From Methanofastidiosum sp. (lineage in GTDB: Archaea; Methanobacteriota_B; Thermococci; Methanofastidiosales; Methanofastidiosaceae): DNA of 64,000 nucleotides. Position numbers and translations under genes: made by a program. The stretch spans positions 5,174-69,173 of the forward strand of contig JABLXD010000012.1 in assembly GCA_013178285.1 (NCBI GenBank), written 5' to 3'. The notes under the pieces are model-generated. The model was given only the letters and a program-made list of their open reading frames with translations, did no database searches and was not told the origin of the DNA. This document shows, piece by piece, positions 37,562-47,781 of this stretch (position 1 is its first letter; the number at the start of each line of letters is the position of its first letter).

Positions 37562-38067
37562 TTCTTAATCTTCTTAAACTCAATAACACATGGGCCACCG
37601 TTTTTGAATTGTGGTTTATATTCCCACTTTTTTGATTCCCCTGGCTTTGAGTTTTCTATTGCTCCGATAATGGCCATTGCTCTTAAACAAGCTAGTTTTT
37701 CTATTTTATCATCAGTAACAAGCATATTACAATGTTCATTGTAAGGACATTTTTGAACAGTGTATATAAAATTCTCACTGTCACCTTTGATTTCATGATC
37801 TTTTCTTTCCATGAAACCAGTTTTAGAAACTTCTTCTACATACATTTTAGCAGCATCAAAACCTTCAAGATCATATTTAAACTCTGCTCCGAGTTCTTTC
37901 CATTTGGCTATAAAAGGTCGAAGAGAAATAATAATCCATTGCCTATAAAATGCTTCAGGTTTTCCAAAAAAACTGTTTGCCGTTTTTTCGATTCCATAAA
38001 CCCATGCATTCATTACAGTCATTACAGCATCTATTTTTTTCCTCTCATCTTTACATTCTTCAGGCAA
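37558..38067 (-). CDS. Hypothetical protein, V4R/methanogen-output-domain-like
   Basis: KCPYNEHC, ACLRA, GPCVIEF cysteine pattern; overlaps the pheS start. Confidence 0.6.
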   Translation of the reverse strand: MPEECKDERKKIDAVMTVMNAWVYGIEKTANSFFGKPEAFYRQWIIISLRPFIAKWKELGAEFKYDLEGFDAAKMYVEEVSKTGFMERKDHEIKGDSENFIYTVQKCPYNEHCNMLVTDDKIEKLACLRAMAIIGAIENSKPGESKKWEYKPQFKNGGPCVIEFKKIKK

Positions 38068-38196
38068 AAAACCACCTTCTAATCTGCATAAAGGACGATT
38101 AGTCGTTTATAAATCTTTTCTAATAATAATTCAAAAAATAGAGTATTGACAGTAAAGTTTTAAAATAATAAATTAAACTGTTGTATAGTTGATTCT

Positions 38197-38799
38197 ATGA
38201 TCGGAAGGAATACCCATATGGTCCAATGTAGGATGGGCGGGGGCATGGGCCTTGGAGGTGGACTTGCCCAAAGGGGAACTTTTGCGGATGCAGGTAGAGA
38301 TATTATAGCAATAGCAATGAGCCCTGGAAGGAGGCATATTACAAAACCAATATGCGAGATAACATATGCAATGAGAGAAGCAGGAATTAAGACAAGTGTT
38401 ATGGTGTTAAATGCGGGCAATGGTGTTCCTCCTGAAGCTCCATCTTCTGGAGTTAGTGTTTTATTTGGAATCGAAGAAAAAGAAGTTGAAATATTACACG
38501 AATTTAAATTAGCAATAATTCATCTTGGGAATATTAGAACTCATGTTGTTTACAAATCCAAATTTATTCTAGATCTTGTTCCAATTGATGCAATAGTTGC
38601 ATGTCAAGCCCCTGTTACGTTTGAAGATTTTGAAAAGATAGGTGTAAAGACTGTTAACAATGAAAATGGAACTACAAAGGGAAGAGTAGTAGATATAGTT
38701 AGTGGAATAATTAGAGGGCAAAGCTGCCCTCAAGAAAAACTTGATGAAATTATTTCAAAAGTAAAAATAAACGTTCACCATGATAGCAATAGTATTTGA
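38197..38799 (+). CDS. mcrC: Methyl-coenzyme M reductase operon protein C
   Basis: GMGLGGGLAQRGT, MSPGRRHITKPICEIT, LNAG.G.P, G..RGQSCP. Confidence 0.93.
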   Translation: MIGRNTHMVQCRMGGGMGLGGGLAQRGTFADAGRDIIAIAMSPGRRHITKPICEITYAMREAGIKTSVMVLNAGNGVPPEAPSSGVSVLFGIEEKEVEILHEFKLAIIHLGNIRTHVVYKSKFILDLVPIDAIVACQAPVTFEDFEKIGVKTVNNENGTTKGRVVDIVSGIIRGQSCPQEKLDEIISKVKINVHHDSNSI

Positions 38800-39580
38800 T
38801 AAATCGGGAACACTTGTTGATACGAAGAGAGTATCAAAAGATTTGGAAAAAAACGAGTTTATTTACCACAAATCTTGTATAGAACTAATTGAAGATGATC
38901 CAAATCTTTTCCTTGTAACTATAGCCACAGACCCAAGACTTACTTTTTTACAAGAAGACCCTAAAAAAAACCTTGGCCAATCAATAAGAGAACAAAAATT
39001 AGGCTTTGAAGTTGTTTTTAAGGGATCGACTGCCGTTATTGATAAAAATAAAATACTTGAATGGTCAGAAAAGATAACTATCGAAGAAGTTAATGAAACT
39101 ATAAAAAAATTAAAAAAAGAATTTGATATTTGTACCTTAGTTGGATGCGGAGTTGTTGTTGATTCAAAAAAAGAAATGATAACATATATAGTCGCTTCAT
39201 CTGGAAAAATTAAGGACGGAGTCTTTGAATTATTTGATTTTCTTCAATCAGAAGGTATGGATGTATATCTTGCGACTGGAGATAATCCTTGTTCTGTTTA
39301 CCCACTAGCAAAAAGGCTTGGAATAGTTGATAACTTTGTTTTCCCTCAGGTGGATCCCGACGGAAAGAAGAAGATTATATCAAATCTAAAAAAGACTTAT
39401 GAACAGGTTATAATGGTCGGCGACGATATTAATGATAAAGGTGCTTTTGAAGAAGCCGATGTGAGTTTCTTAATACTAGAAAGTGAATCTAAGAGAAAAA
39501 ATGAATTGAAAACAATAGTTGATTATACTATCAGCGAACCTCTAGAGATCAAAAATATATTAAAGAGATTTAAGATTTAG
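38780..39580 (+). CDS. HAD hydrolase (soluble P-type ATPase-like)
   Basis: FDKSGTL, ATGD, MVGDDIND. Confidence 0.85.
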   Translation: MIAIVFDKSGTLVDTKRVSKDLEKNEFIYHKSCIELIEDDPNLFLVTIATDPRLTFLQEDPKKNLGQSIREQKLGFEVVFKGSTAVIDKNKILEWSEKITIEEVNETIKKLKKEFDICTLVGCGVVVDSKKEMITYIVASSGKIKDGVFELFDFLQSEGMDVYLATGDNPCSVYPLAKRLGIVDNFVFPQVDPDGKKKIISNLKKTYEQVIMVGDDINDKGAFEEADVSFLILESESKRKNELKTIVDYTISEPLEIKNILKRFKI

Positions 39581-40575
39581 AAATACATATCAAGAGTTTT
39601 CTGCTTCAAAGTATTTTCTAGAGAAAAATCAATTCTTTCTATCCCTTTTTCTACCCTAAGTTCAGAAAACTCATATTTGTCGCATAATAATTTTATAATT
39701 CTATCTTTATCTGATTTTTCAAATGAAATATTATAGTTATCCGTGACTTCTGGGTTTAAAAATAGATTAATAATTTGGTCAAATTCTCCATATTCACCAA
39801 ATTTCCCATCTTTTACAATTTCAATTGCTTTTTTAGGCCCAATTCCTTTTACCCCTCCAGGGTTATAATCCGTTCCAATAAGTATTGCAACTTCAATCAA
39901 TTGCTTTCTCGAAAGATTTAGATTATTTAAAACACCTTGGTTATCTATAATTTCAGGAACGACATCTACAAATAGATCCTTTCCAGGAATCTTTCTTTTT
40001 CCAGATATCGTTAGATTTCTTACCAATGTAGGAGCTCCAAAGAGAATTGAATCGTAATCTTGCGATGCAGAGAGATCGGCATCTCCTTTTAATACTACAT
40101 ATGCGGCCTGAGCTTCTCCTTCTGAGGGTGCTTCAATATAAGGTATCCCCATTGAAGTTAATAATTCTTTAGAACTAGTAATCATATCTCCTTTCAAAGA
40201 GGAGGTCATCTGGGAATATTTTTTCGCTTCTTTAAAATCCCCTCTTGATTTAGCATCAATATATTTTTCTCTCGCTTCTTCTTTAATTTCTTTTCTTTTT
40301 TCAATTGTTTGAAATTTAAGTTCAGGAGGTTTTCCATCGAAAACATAAATTGGTCTAATTCCCTGTTCAATAAAATTAACGCTTCTGTAGAAAAGTCCTG
40401 ATAAATGAGATGTTACGTCTCCTTTTGAATTCTTCAGAGGGGTACCATCCCTTTGCCTTATTATTGCTAAAAATTGGTAAAGTGCATTATAGGCATCAAT
40501 TGCCACACTTTTACCCTTTAAATCAGAGATATCAATTTTCTTCTTGGGAACTATTTCGCCCAGATTTACGCCCAT
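39577..40575 (-). CDS. fen: Flap endonuclease 1
   Basis: MGV start, YQFLAIIRQ.DG, EGEAQ, GTDYN; PIP box QKTLDMYF. Confidence 0.97.
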   Translation of the reverse strand: MGVNLGEIVPKKKIDISDLKGKSVAIDAYNALYQFLAIIRQRDGTPLKNSKGDVTSHLSGLFYRSVNFIEQGIRPIYVFDGKPPELKFQTIEKRKEIKEEAREKYIDAKSRGDFKEAKKYSQMTSSLKGDMITSSKELLTSMGIPYIEAPSEGEAQAAYVVLKGDADLSASQDYDSILFGAPTLVRNLTISGKRKIPGKDLFVDVVPEIIDNQGVLNNLNLSRKQLIEVAILIGTDYNPGGVKGIGPKKAIEIVKDGKFGEYGEFDQIINLFLNPEVTDNYNISFEKSDKDRIIKLLCDKYEFSELRVEKGIERIDFSLENTLKQKTLDMYF

Positions 40576-40579
40576 AAGG

Positions 40580-40744
40580 CTAATCCCTTACAACTGTTAT
40601 CGGAATTACTCCATTCTTCATTTCTTCTTGTGCTATTCTAATAGGGTCAAGAATAGATGTTTCAATTAATATGGGTGCACCTAAGGATATTTGAAGGGCT
40701 CTGGCCCCAATAATTCTGACTTTTTCATATTTAGTATAATTCAA
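40580..40744 (-). CDS. rpoK: RNA polymerase subunit K (Rpo6), missed by the ORF track
   Basis: Manual translation [54 protein letters not shown]; TTG at 40744 after GGTGGAG (alternative ATG at 40756). Confidence 0.93.
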   Translation of the reverse strand: MNYTKYEKVRIIGARALQISLGAPILIETSILDPIRIAQEEMKNGVIPITVVRD

Positions 40745-40832
40745 CGACTCCACCATTTCTGAATGAATATAAAGGGATTATAAATTTTATTGTTATAAAT
40801 AAAATTGGAGCAGATTTCTTGCAAGAAAAAGT

Positions 40833-41243
40833 TTATTTACCTACCGTATTTTCCCCTTTTTTTATCTTGTCGATTGTATCGTTGAATAGTTTAATGAACT
40901 TTTCTCTATCTTCGGCATTATAGGTTTGCATTATACTAATATGTATAGTGAGAATTTTCTCCAACACTTTAATGTGCTCATCTGCAGTTTTAATTGATTC
41001 TATCAAGTCTCTAGTTTTTCGGAGAAGAACATGCTGTGCATATGAGAGCTTTGTTGCAACAAAATAAACTTTTGCCATACCAATTCTTCTATAGTCAACT
41101 AATCCTATTGCCCTCATTATTTCAAGATACTTTACAGCGGTGGCCCTAGACATATTAAGATTATCAGCAATCTCTGAAGGAGTAGCACCTATTTTCACAC
41201 CTTTAAGATACTCTATAATGGCCTCTTCGGCATTTTCTTCCAT
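40833..41243 (-). CDS. Winged-HTH transcriptional regulator
   Basis: TPSEIADNLNMSRATAVKYLEIM...GLVDYRRIGMAKVY. Confidence 0.85.
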   Translation of the reverse strand: MEENAEEAIIEYLKGVKIGATPSEIADNLNMSRATAVKYLEIMRAIGLVDYRRIGMAKVYFVATKLSYAQHVLLRKTRDLIESIKTADEHIKVLEKILTIHISIMQTYNAEDREKFIKLFNDTIDKIKKGENTVGK

Positions 41244-41608
41244 TGATGCTCACCATCATTATCTCTAACGTTAATATATATAAATGTTACTACTATCAGT
41301 ATTCAAAAAAAGAGAATAATTTTAAAGCAATAATAAAAATATACCAGACCATTGAATTTTATTTGTTATGTTAATGATAAATAAGAATTAAATTCAAGGT
41401 GAATTAAGTATATACTATTATTAATTTTATTAACTAATAAATTCTTATTTGATTATAGTATTCCCTCTAATAATACAAGTTAAAGTTCAACCATGTTGGT
41501 TATGAACATTAATATTCATAATTAAAAAAATATATTAAAATATTATAATTCAACAAATAGAAAAATTTATATACTATTGCTTTACAATAATAATTAAGAG
41601 TGGTAAAA

Positions 41609-41710
41609 ATGAAAAAGAAAACTAAATCTGTTATGCCAATAGCAATAATGATCCCAATAATAGTATTAGATATCCTATTTAGAGGAGAAAAATCTAGATC
41701 TAGTTACTAA
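41609..41710 (+). CDS. 33-aa small ORF with signal-peptide-like N-terminus
   Basis: MKKKTKSVMPIAIMIPIIVLDILFRGEKSRSSY; GTGGT RBS-like and TTTATATA upstream. Confidence 0.35.
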   Translation: MKKKTKSVMPIAIMIPIIVLDILFRGEKSRSSY

Positions 41711-42135
41711 TCTTTTCTTTTCAGGATTACTCTTTGGATATTATTGCCTATAGGACATTCAAGTTTCTCTTTGATTGCAATAATGTGAAATTTATCGCCA
41801 ATGTTTATACCATCTGGGATACATAAATCATGGTATTGGCATCTTTCATCACAAGAGAATGAGAATATTCCTGTTGCACCTTCAATTGCAAACTTTTTAG
41901 GGATTGCCGCTTCAATTTGAGATTCTTTTACTTCAACTATTTTAACGCCTGAATCGTGAATTTTACAAGGGTGTTCAATATTTCTTACTGAAAAAACAGT
42001 ATATATCCTTCCAGGCTTCAAATTTTCAACACATGTCTTGAAAAATCTGCACTCTTTGCATTCATCACCCCCCTTCCCAGCTACAAAAGAAAATCCTGGC
42101 TTTGCAAGATTTTTGGGCAGGAGGGTAAGTATCAA
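41707..42135 (-). CDS. UPF0179 family protein
   Basis: ITL...LAKPG, C..C....C, HPCKIH, CPIG; follows egsA. Confidence 0.85.
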   Translation of the reverse strand: MILTLLPKNLAKPGFSFVAGKGGDECKECRFFKTCVENLKPGRIYTVFSVRNIEHPCKIHDSGVKIVEVKESQIEAAIPKKFAIEGATGIFSFSCDERCQYHDLCIPDGINIGDKFHIIAIKEKLECPIGNNIQRVILKRKD

Positions 42136-43172
42136 TCTATAACCCCCGTTACTTTGGCAAGTTTAGTAGCTGCTCTTTCAGTAAGCCCACTTTCCCCAAG
42201 TATTGTGTACCTGTCTCTAATTTTATGCGCCATTGTTAAAGCTTTTATAATTTCCTTATCAGAAATCCCAAGTTCTTGAGCATTTGTTGGTGCCTTTATT
42301 TTTTCTAAAGCTTCCTTGATTGTTTTGTATTTGTCCTCTCTATGAAGGTACATTGTCATTATAGATCCAACTCCGCATTGCTCGCCATGCATTGCAGGCT
42401 TTTCTGCAACCATGTCAAGTGCATGTGCAAATGCATGTTCTGCTCCGGATGCAGGTCTGGAGGAGCCTGCAATACTCATAGCTACACCAGAAGATATAAG
42501 TCCTTTCAGAACTTTTCTTGCCGATTCTTCCAATCCCTCTTTTATAACATCGGCATTGTCAATTGTCACCTTTGCGCTCATAGAGGATAATGATGCTGCA
42601 TGTTCGCTATAATATTCACCTTTCAGTTTATGTGCAAGTTGCCAGTCCAAAACAGCAGTATAATTTGATATGAGATCTGCACACCCTGAAGCAATGAAAC
42701 GATAGGGGGCTTGAGATACTATCTTTGTGTCTGCTATTATTGCAATAGGAGGTTGCGCTTCAATTGATAATTTCTTTTCGCCATCTCTAATTGATGCTCT
42801 AGAGGAAGCTATTCCATCATGAGAAGCTACAGTTGGATAGCTAATAAACGGTATAGAAATATTAAATGATGCCAACTTCCCAACATCTATAACTGACCCG
42901 CCACCTATTGAAACAACTATATCGTATTTTCCTTTTTTCAAAAGATCAGCAACTAAATCTACTTCTGCCATTGTAGCAGTTTTCACTTCGTGGTGGTCAC
43001 AATTTAAGTCGTCAGATACTTTTTTCCCAACAATCCCTCTTGTAATTGAATCATCAAGGACGACAGGATTTTTATATCCTAATTTCTCAACAGTTGTTTT
43101 AACTGAACTCCAAAGGTCTGAGCCCATTACAACCATTCTTGAAAGATTAATTATGTGAATAGGATTTTCCAT
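42132..43172 (-). CDS. egsA: sn-glycerol-1-phosphate dehydrogenase
   Basis: GGGSVID.GK, SHDGIAS, SRPASGAEH, HGEQ. Confidence 0.95.
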   Translation of the reverse strand: MENPIHIINLSRMVVMGSDLWSSVKTTVEKLGYKNPVVLDDSITRGIVGKKVSDDLNCDHHEVKTATMAEVDLVADLLKKGKYDIVVSIGGGSVIDVGKLASFNISIPFISYPTVASHDGIASSRASIRDGEKKLSIEAQPPIAIIADTKIVSQAPYRFIASGCADLISNYTAVLDWQLAHKLKGEYYSEHAASLSSMSAKVTIDNADVIKEGLEESARKVLKGLISSGVAMSIAGSSRPASGAEHAFAHALDMVAEKPAMHGEQCGVGSIMTMYLHREDKYKTIKEALEKIKAPTNAQELGISDKEIIKALTMAHKIRDRYTILGESGLTERAATKLAKVTGVID

Positions 43173-43210
43173 AAGAATAACTCTTTGATACTATTAATAA
43201 GTCTTTTGAA

Positions 43211-44035
43211 TCAAAAAAGGGATGGTAAAAGAGCATTTCTAAATCCAGGGCCAAATCCAAGTATGAAGATTAATACTTTAATAGATAAGTAAAAGTTATT
43301 CATCATCAAATTTGTAAGCTTAAATTTATATTTAAAAATTGAAACTTCTTTTTCCTTAAAGTTTTTTCTTTCTTCTTTGTATAAGGTATCAAGTAAGTAA
43401 ATTACAACAAGGATCAATATTAATTTTAAGGGTATCATAACTAAAGCGGTACCGGAAAGATTAATTAAAAAAAGAGGCAACAAGTGTTCTTCTCCAAAGC
43501 CATAATAATCAATTGCAATAAATGTAGCACACCCGTCAAGCAAATGGCCAAATAGTATTGCAGTGTTCTCAAACTCTTTAAGAGGTTTATAAAATAAAGT
43601 CGATAAAAAGTATACTGCTAATGTTATCCCTAAAGCCATAGATATAGGAACTAATATTCTCAAAGGATAGTTAAAAAAAGGAACTAAGTTTACTAAAAAA
43701 TAGATCATTCCAATAATTCCAACTGTGAAAGGAAGTTTCCAATAGGCCACAATATTTCTCTTTTCAAGTTCAAATCCAACTAATATCATGGAAAATGCAA
43801 GAATGAAGGTTACTATATACACTCCAGGAGTAATATTCCAGAATTTTGATCTTTCGTAAAATCCGACATCTGCCAATACCCTAAGGGCTACTGCCATTAT
43901 CATATAAGGTGAAATCGCAATTATGAAAGTCTTATCGATTTTTATTTTGTTGAAAAGAAACTTTAATGCAAAAGCCAATAAGACTAAAAGAATTCCTATA
44001 TAGATAACATAGTCTTGAGGCTGATAAACTCCCAT
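43211..44035 (-). CDS. DUF63 family membrane protein
   Basis: ITPG.Y, HLLDG.AT, EEHLLP, LGFGPG.RN. Confidence 0.85.
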   Translation of the reverse strand: MGVYQPQDYVIYIGILLVLLAFALKFLFNKIKIDKTFIIAISPYMIMAVALRVLADVGFYERSKFWNITPGVYIVTFILAFSMILVGFELEKRNIVAYWKLPFTVGIIGMIYFLVNLVPFFNYPLRILVPISMALGITLAVYFLSTLFYKPLKEFENTAILFGHLLDGCATFIAIDYYGFGEEHLLPLFLINLSGTALVMIPLKLILILVVIYLLDTLYKEERKNFKEKEVSIFKYKFKLTNLMMNNFYLSIKVLIFILGFGPGFRNALLPSLF

Positions 44036-44066
44036 GAAAAAACACGAACTTATTTAATTAAAAAGG

Positions 44067-46157
44067 TTATGGTTTTTGTCTTAGAACCTCGACCATTTTT
44101 TGATATATTTCTTTTTCTTTTCCCTCGGTTGTTTTGGAAAGTCTTTCAACAATTAATTCAGGGGTACTTTTTCCAGCTTTATAGAATACTGGTTGTCTAT
44201 CCACAATTAGCTCTAAGGATTCATCCAATCCTTTTGCTTCTATACCATCTACCCTCATATCTTCAGGTAACTTTCCCTCTATTGATTTGATAGAGGATAA
44301 AATATCTTCCCCAAGATGTGTAACGATAACACACAAAGTATTCGAACTTCTTAAGAAATTTAGAAATGTACCGATTATTCTAGCCGCAGAACCGGGTTCA
44401 GTAATTGCTTCGAGTTCATCAATCAATAATAATCTCTTTTTTTCCTCAATTGCTAATGGTACTAGTCTTTTAAGGCTAGTTTCAAATGCCCCTCTTGATT
44501 CACCCCTATGTTTTGATAAGAATCCGACCTCATCAAAAATAGAAGTATATGAATTATCGGCAGGCACTAAAAATCCCATTTGAAAAAGAATCTGGATAGT
44601 AAGTATAAGTTTCAAAAGGGTAGTTTTGCCTCCTGAGTTGGCACCTGTTAGTATTATCACATTTTCATTTCCGCCAATGGAATCTTCCGTTGTACCAACC
44701 TTATATGTAATGGGGATGGAATTTTGAATTAGCACATTTTTACCATTTCTAAAACTTAGGCCTTTATCAGATATTTTGGGCATCGAGAGATTATTTTCAA
44801 CTGCAAATCTTCCCATTGCTACAAAAAAATCAATATCATAACATTCTTCAACTCTCTGAATTAAAAACTCCCAAAGTTCTGCTATATCCATCATTTCTTT
44901 CTTAATTTCAAATTCTCTCTTAGATATTTCCTTGCGAATATTTTCTTTAATTTCAAATAGCTCATTTCTGTTTGCCTCTATCGGAAATGATACCTCTTCC
45001 GGGAAAAGCTCTGAAACATCTAGCCCGGTTTTATTATTCAGCTCGTCAATTGATTCCTTTAGGATTTTTCTATATGCGTCCTCAAGTTGTTTTGGGATAT
45101 AACTCTGAAAAGCTTTCAGAGGGTCGGAATGTTTTATATCAGAAAGCATTGACAATATATCTTTGCCTGCTATACCGATATCCTGATTTTCAATAATTTT
45201 AGAGAATCTCTCGTTGATTTCCTTCTCTTTTGTTTTTACCATTTCCTCAAGATTCAATGCTCCCTTTAGTTTGGTTAGTCTCTCGTCTGGAAAATTACCT
45301 TTAGAAAACGATTCAACAGTATCGGAAATCTTTTGAAGTTTTTGAACATAATCATCTAATTGTGCACCATCGTCAGCAGCTATCCCCCTACTGTTTTTGA
45401 TTTGGTAGAGTACTTTGTACATTTCAAGTATCATTTTTATTTTATGGGCATTTTCAATAAAGCGTTCAATGTATATTTCAGGAACAATATCTCGGATAGA
45501 AAAATCATCGATATTTATTGAGAAATCAGATATTTCCGAAAGTGTGTCATAAAGTTTGGAATCTTTTCCGTATAGATAAAATATCAAAGGGTAATCTTCT
45601 CTAACGCCCCTTGTTTCATGGGGTGAAGAAACATAGATAGAATCGTAATATTCTGATTTAGTCTTAGATGAAATTTCCTCATCGTCAGTTATTAAAACTC
45701 TGTCTCTGAATTTTTTTAGAGAAGGGATCTTTAAATCAGAGATACCTTCAAGAAATACTAAAATATTGTCAATTTCTTCTTTAGTTAAACTCTGAACAAA
45801 GTTTTTTGCTTTGTTACAATAGTTTAATCTTTTTAATATTAATTCTTTATCCCTTAAGGGCATGTAAAGATAAAATCTATTCCTTGACCTCTCAGTTTTT
45901 GGGTAAGACACCAATATGGAAATTATTTCTTCATATATTTCCCAAGCATCACCAAAAAGTATATCTTCATACTTTTTGCCGGTCTTTGCTTCAAATGTTT
46001 CTTTTTGTATTTGCAATACCTTCTTTTTACCAAATCCTGGAATTTTCAATAATTTTTCAAGCTCTAGTTTTTCTATAATGCTGGTTAATTCATCTTCATT
46101 GTAGTATTCTAAAGCTTTTTCAAGACCTTTCTCTCCCAGTATTTGGCAAACATCCAT
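44067..46157 (-). CDS. Archaeal MutS-like ATPase (HhH N-terminus, no mismatch-binding domain)
   Basis: IPGFGKK HhH; LTGANSGGKTT, GAFE, DELEAITEPG, VTHL. Confidence 0.88.
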   Translation of the reverse strand: MDVCQILGEKGLEKALEYYNEDELTSIIEKLELEKLLKIPGFGKKKVLQIQKETFEAKTGKKYEDILFGDAWEIYEEIISILVSYPKTERSRNRFYLYMPLRDKELILKRLNYCNKAKNFVQSLTKEEIDNILVFLEGISDLKIPSLKKFRDRVLITDDEEISSKTKSEYYDSIYVSSPHETRGVREDYPLIFYLYGKDSKLYDTLSEISDFSINIDDFSIRDIVPEIYIERFIENAHKIKMILEMYKVLYQIKNSRGIAADDGAQLDDYVQKLQKISDTVESFSKGNFPDERLTKLKGALNLEEMVKTKEKEINERFSKIIENQDIGIAGKDILSMLSDIKHSDPLKAFQSYIPKQLEDAYRKILKESIDELNNKTGLDVSELFPEEVSFPIEANRNELFEIKENIRKEISKREFEIKKEMMDIAELWEFLIQRVEECYDIDFFVAMGRFAVENNLSMPKISDKGLSFRNGKNVLIQNSIPITYKVGTTEDSIGGNENVIILTGANSGGKTTLLKLILTIQILFQMGFLVPADNSYTSIFDEVGFLSKHRGESRGAFETSLKRLVPLAIEEKKRLLLIDELEAITEPGSAARIIGTFLNFLRSSNTLCVIVTHLGEDILSSIKSIEGKLPEDMRVDGIEAKGLDESLELIVDRQPVFYKAGKSTPELIVERLSKTTEGKEKEIYQKMVEVLRQKP

Positions 46158-46714
46158 TAAAGTCTGTACCCCCTTGCGAATTCACCATTTACACTTAGTA
46201 CTCCTTCATTAAATTTGAATAAGTCTTTATTTGAATTTTGTAGTTTGTCAGCTTTTTCTTGTTCAGTTATTACGGCCCCATGAGGAACTAATTTATTATC
46301 TCCAATTTTTACTCCAACGACTATTGCACCGTGCCCAATGAAGCATTCTTTTCCAATTTGTGAACTATGAATTACTGCCCTAAATCCAACAAAAGAATTA
46401 TCCCCAATTTTAGTAGGCCCGTGGATAACTGCACCATGTGCTATTGAAGTTTTCTTCCCAATTTCAACGGAAGTATGCTCTAAAGCATGAACGATGACTC
46501 CATCTTGTAAATTGCTTTCATCTCCGATAACTATAGGAGTTCCTTCATCTGCTCTTAATGAAACAAAAGGTGCAACATATACTCCTTTTCCTATTCTGAC
46601 ATCCCCTATAACTGAGGACATCTCATCACAGAAACTTTCTTTATCTATATTTGGATATCTACATTCCTTATTAAAAGAACAAGATGGATTTTCTTTTATT
46701 GTCATATTTTTCAC
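46157..46714 (-). CDS. Gamma-class carbonic anhydrase
   Basis: Hexapeptide repeats; RADEG, NLQDGVIVH, AHGAVIHGP zinc histidines. Confidence 0.88.
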   Translation of the reverse strand: MKNMTIKENPSCSFNKECRYPNIDKESFCDEMSSVIGDVRIGKGVYVAPFVSLRADEGTPIVIGDESNLQDGVIVHALEHTSVEIGKKTSIAHGAVIHGPTKIGDNSFVGFRAVIHSSQIGKECFIGHGAIVVGVKIGDNKLVPHGAVITEQEKADKLQNSNKDLFKFNEGVLSVNGEFARGYRL

Positions 46715-47781
46715 CTGAAAGATTTTTCATATTTAAAAGATATATAACATGCCCCTTCTCTTGAAACCATACATGGGCCTTTTGGAGTTTGAGGCGTACA
46801 TATATTTCCAAATAATTTACATTCCTTGGGGGTTTTTTCTGCTCTTAAAACTTCCGGACAACTACAGCCTTTTTCTTCAGGTATGTCTTCTATTCCAATA
46901 TTAAATTCTTTGTACGCATCTTTGTTAGAAAATTCATTTTTTAAGGATAGACCAGAACCGGGTATTACTGGAAATCCCCTCCATCGAATGTCACAAGGTT
47001 CAAATACTTTTTCCATCAATTTTTGTGCTTTAGTGTTACCTTCTGTTCTAACTCCACGAATATATTCATTTTCAACTTCTGCTCTTTTTTCTTTAATTTG
47101 TTTTAATAAAAGGTAGATTCCCATAAGGATATCATTTGGTTCAAAGCCACATATCACCTGGGGAACATTAAATTTTTTAGATATAGGTTCATAAGGTTTA
47201 GTTCCAATTATTGTAGAAACATGACCCGGATCGATAAACCCTGAAAGATTAATTTTACCGCTACTTAACAATAAATCCATTGCAGGAGGGATAACTCTGT
47301 GTGCAGATAAAACAAAAAAATTATCTGGAGAATTAAGAACCGCAACTGCAGTTGTAGGGCAAGTTGTTTCAAATCCGATAGCAAAATGAACTATTTTTTT
47401 ATTAGGATTTGATATGGCAAGATTAATTGAATCGTTAATGCTATAGACTAATCTAATATCAAGCCCAGCAGCTTTTGCATCTGAAAGTGATCTCTTAGAA
47501 GGCACCCGTATCATATCGCCATAAGTAGTTACAATTGCACCTTTTTCAGCTATTTTTACTGCGGCCTCTATTTCTCCTTGTGTCGTGACGCAAACTGGGC
47601 ATCCTGGTCCCGAAACAACTTGAACATTTTCTGGTAATAAAGCTCTTATGCCATAATGGGTAATCACATGCTCATGTGTCCCACATACATGGCAGAGATT
47701 TACATCCCCTACATCTTTGGATATTTCAGATATTTTTCTTATTATCGTATCTGAAGCACTTCGATCCTTATATAAATCCAC
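46711..47781 (-). CDS. hypD: [NiFe]-hydrogenase maturation protein HypD
   Basis: CGTH, GPGCPVC, GFETT, PGHVS, GPCMVS.EGAC. Confidence 0.97.
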   Translation of the reverse strand: MDLYKDRSASDTIIRKISEISKDVGDVNLCHVCGTHEHVITHYGIRALLPENVQVVSGPGCPVCVTTQGEIEAAVKIAEKGAIVTTYGDMIRVPSKRSLSDAKAAGLDIRLVYSINDSINLAISNPNKKIVHFAIGFETTCPTTAVAVLNSPDNFFVLSAHRVIPPAMDLLLSSGKINLSGFIDPGHVSTIIGTKPYEPISKKFNVPQVICGFEPNDILMGIYLLLKQIKEKRAEVENEYIRGVRTEGNTKAQKLMEKVFEPCDIRWRGFPVIPGSGLSLKNEFSNKDAYKEFNIGIEDIPEEKGCSCPEVLRAEKTPKECKLFGNICTPQTPKGPCMVSREGACYISFKYEKSFR

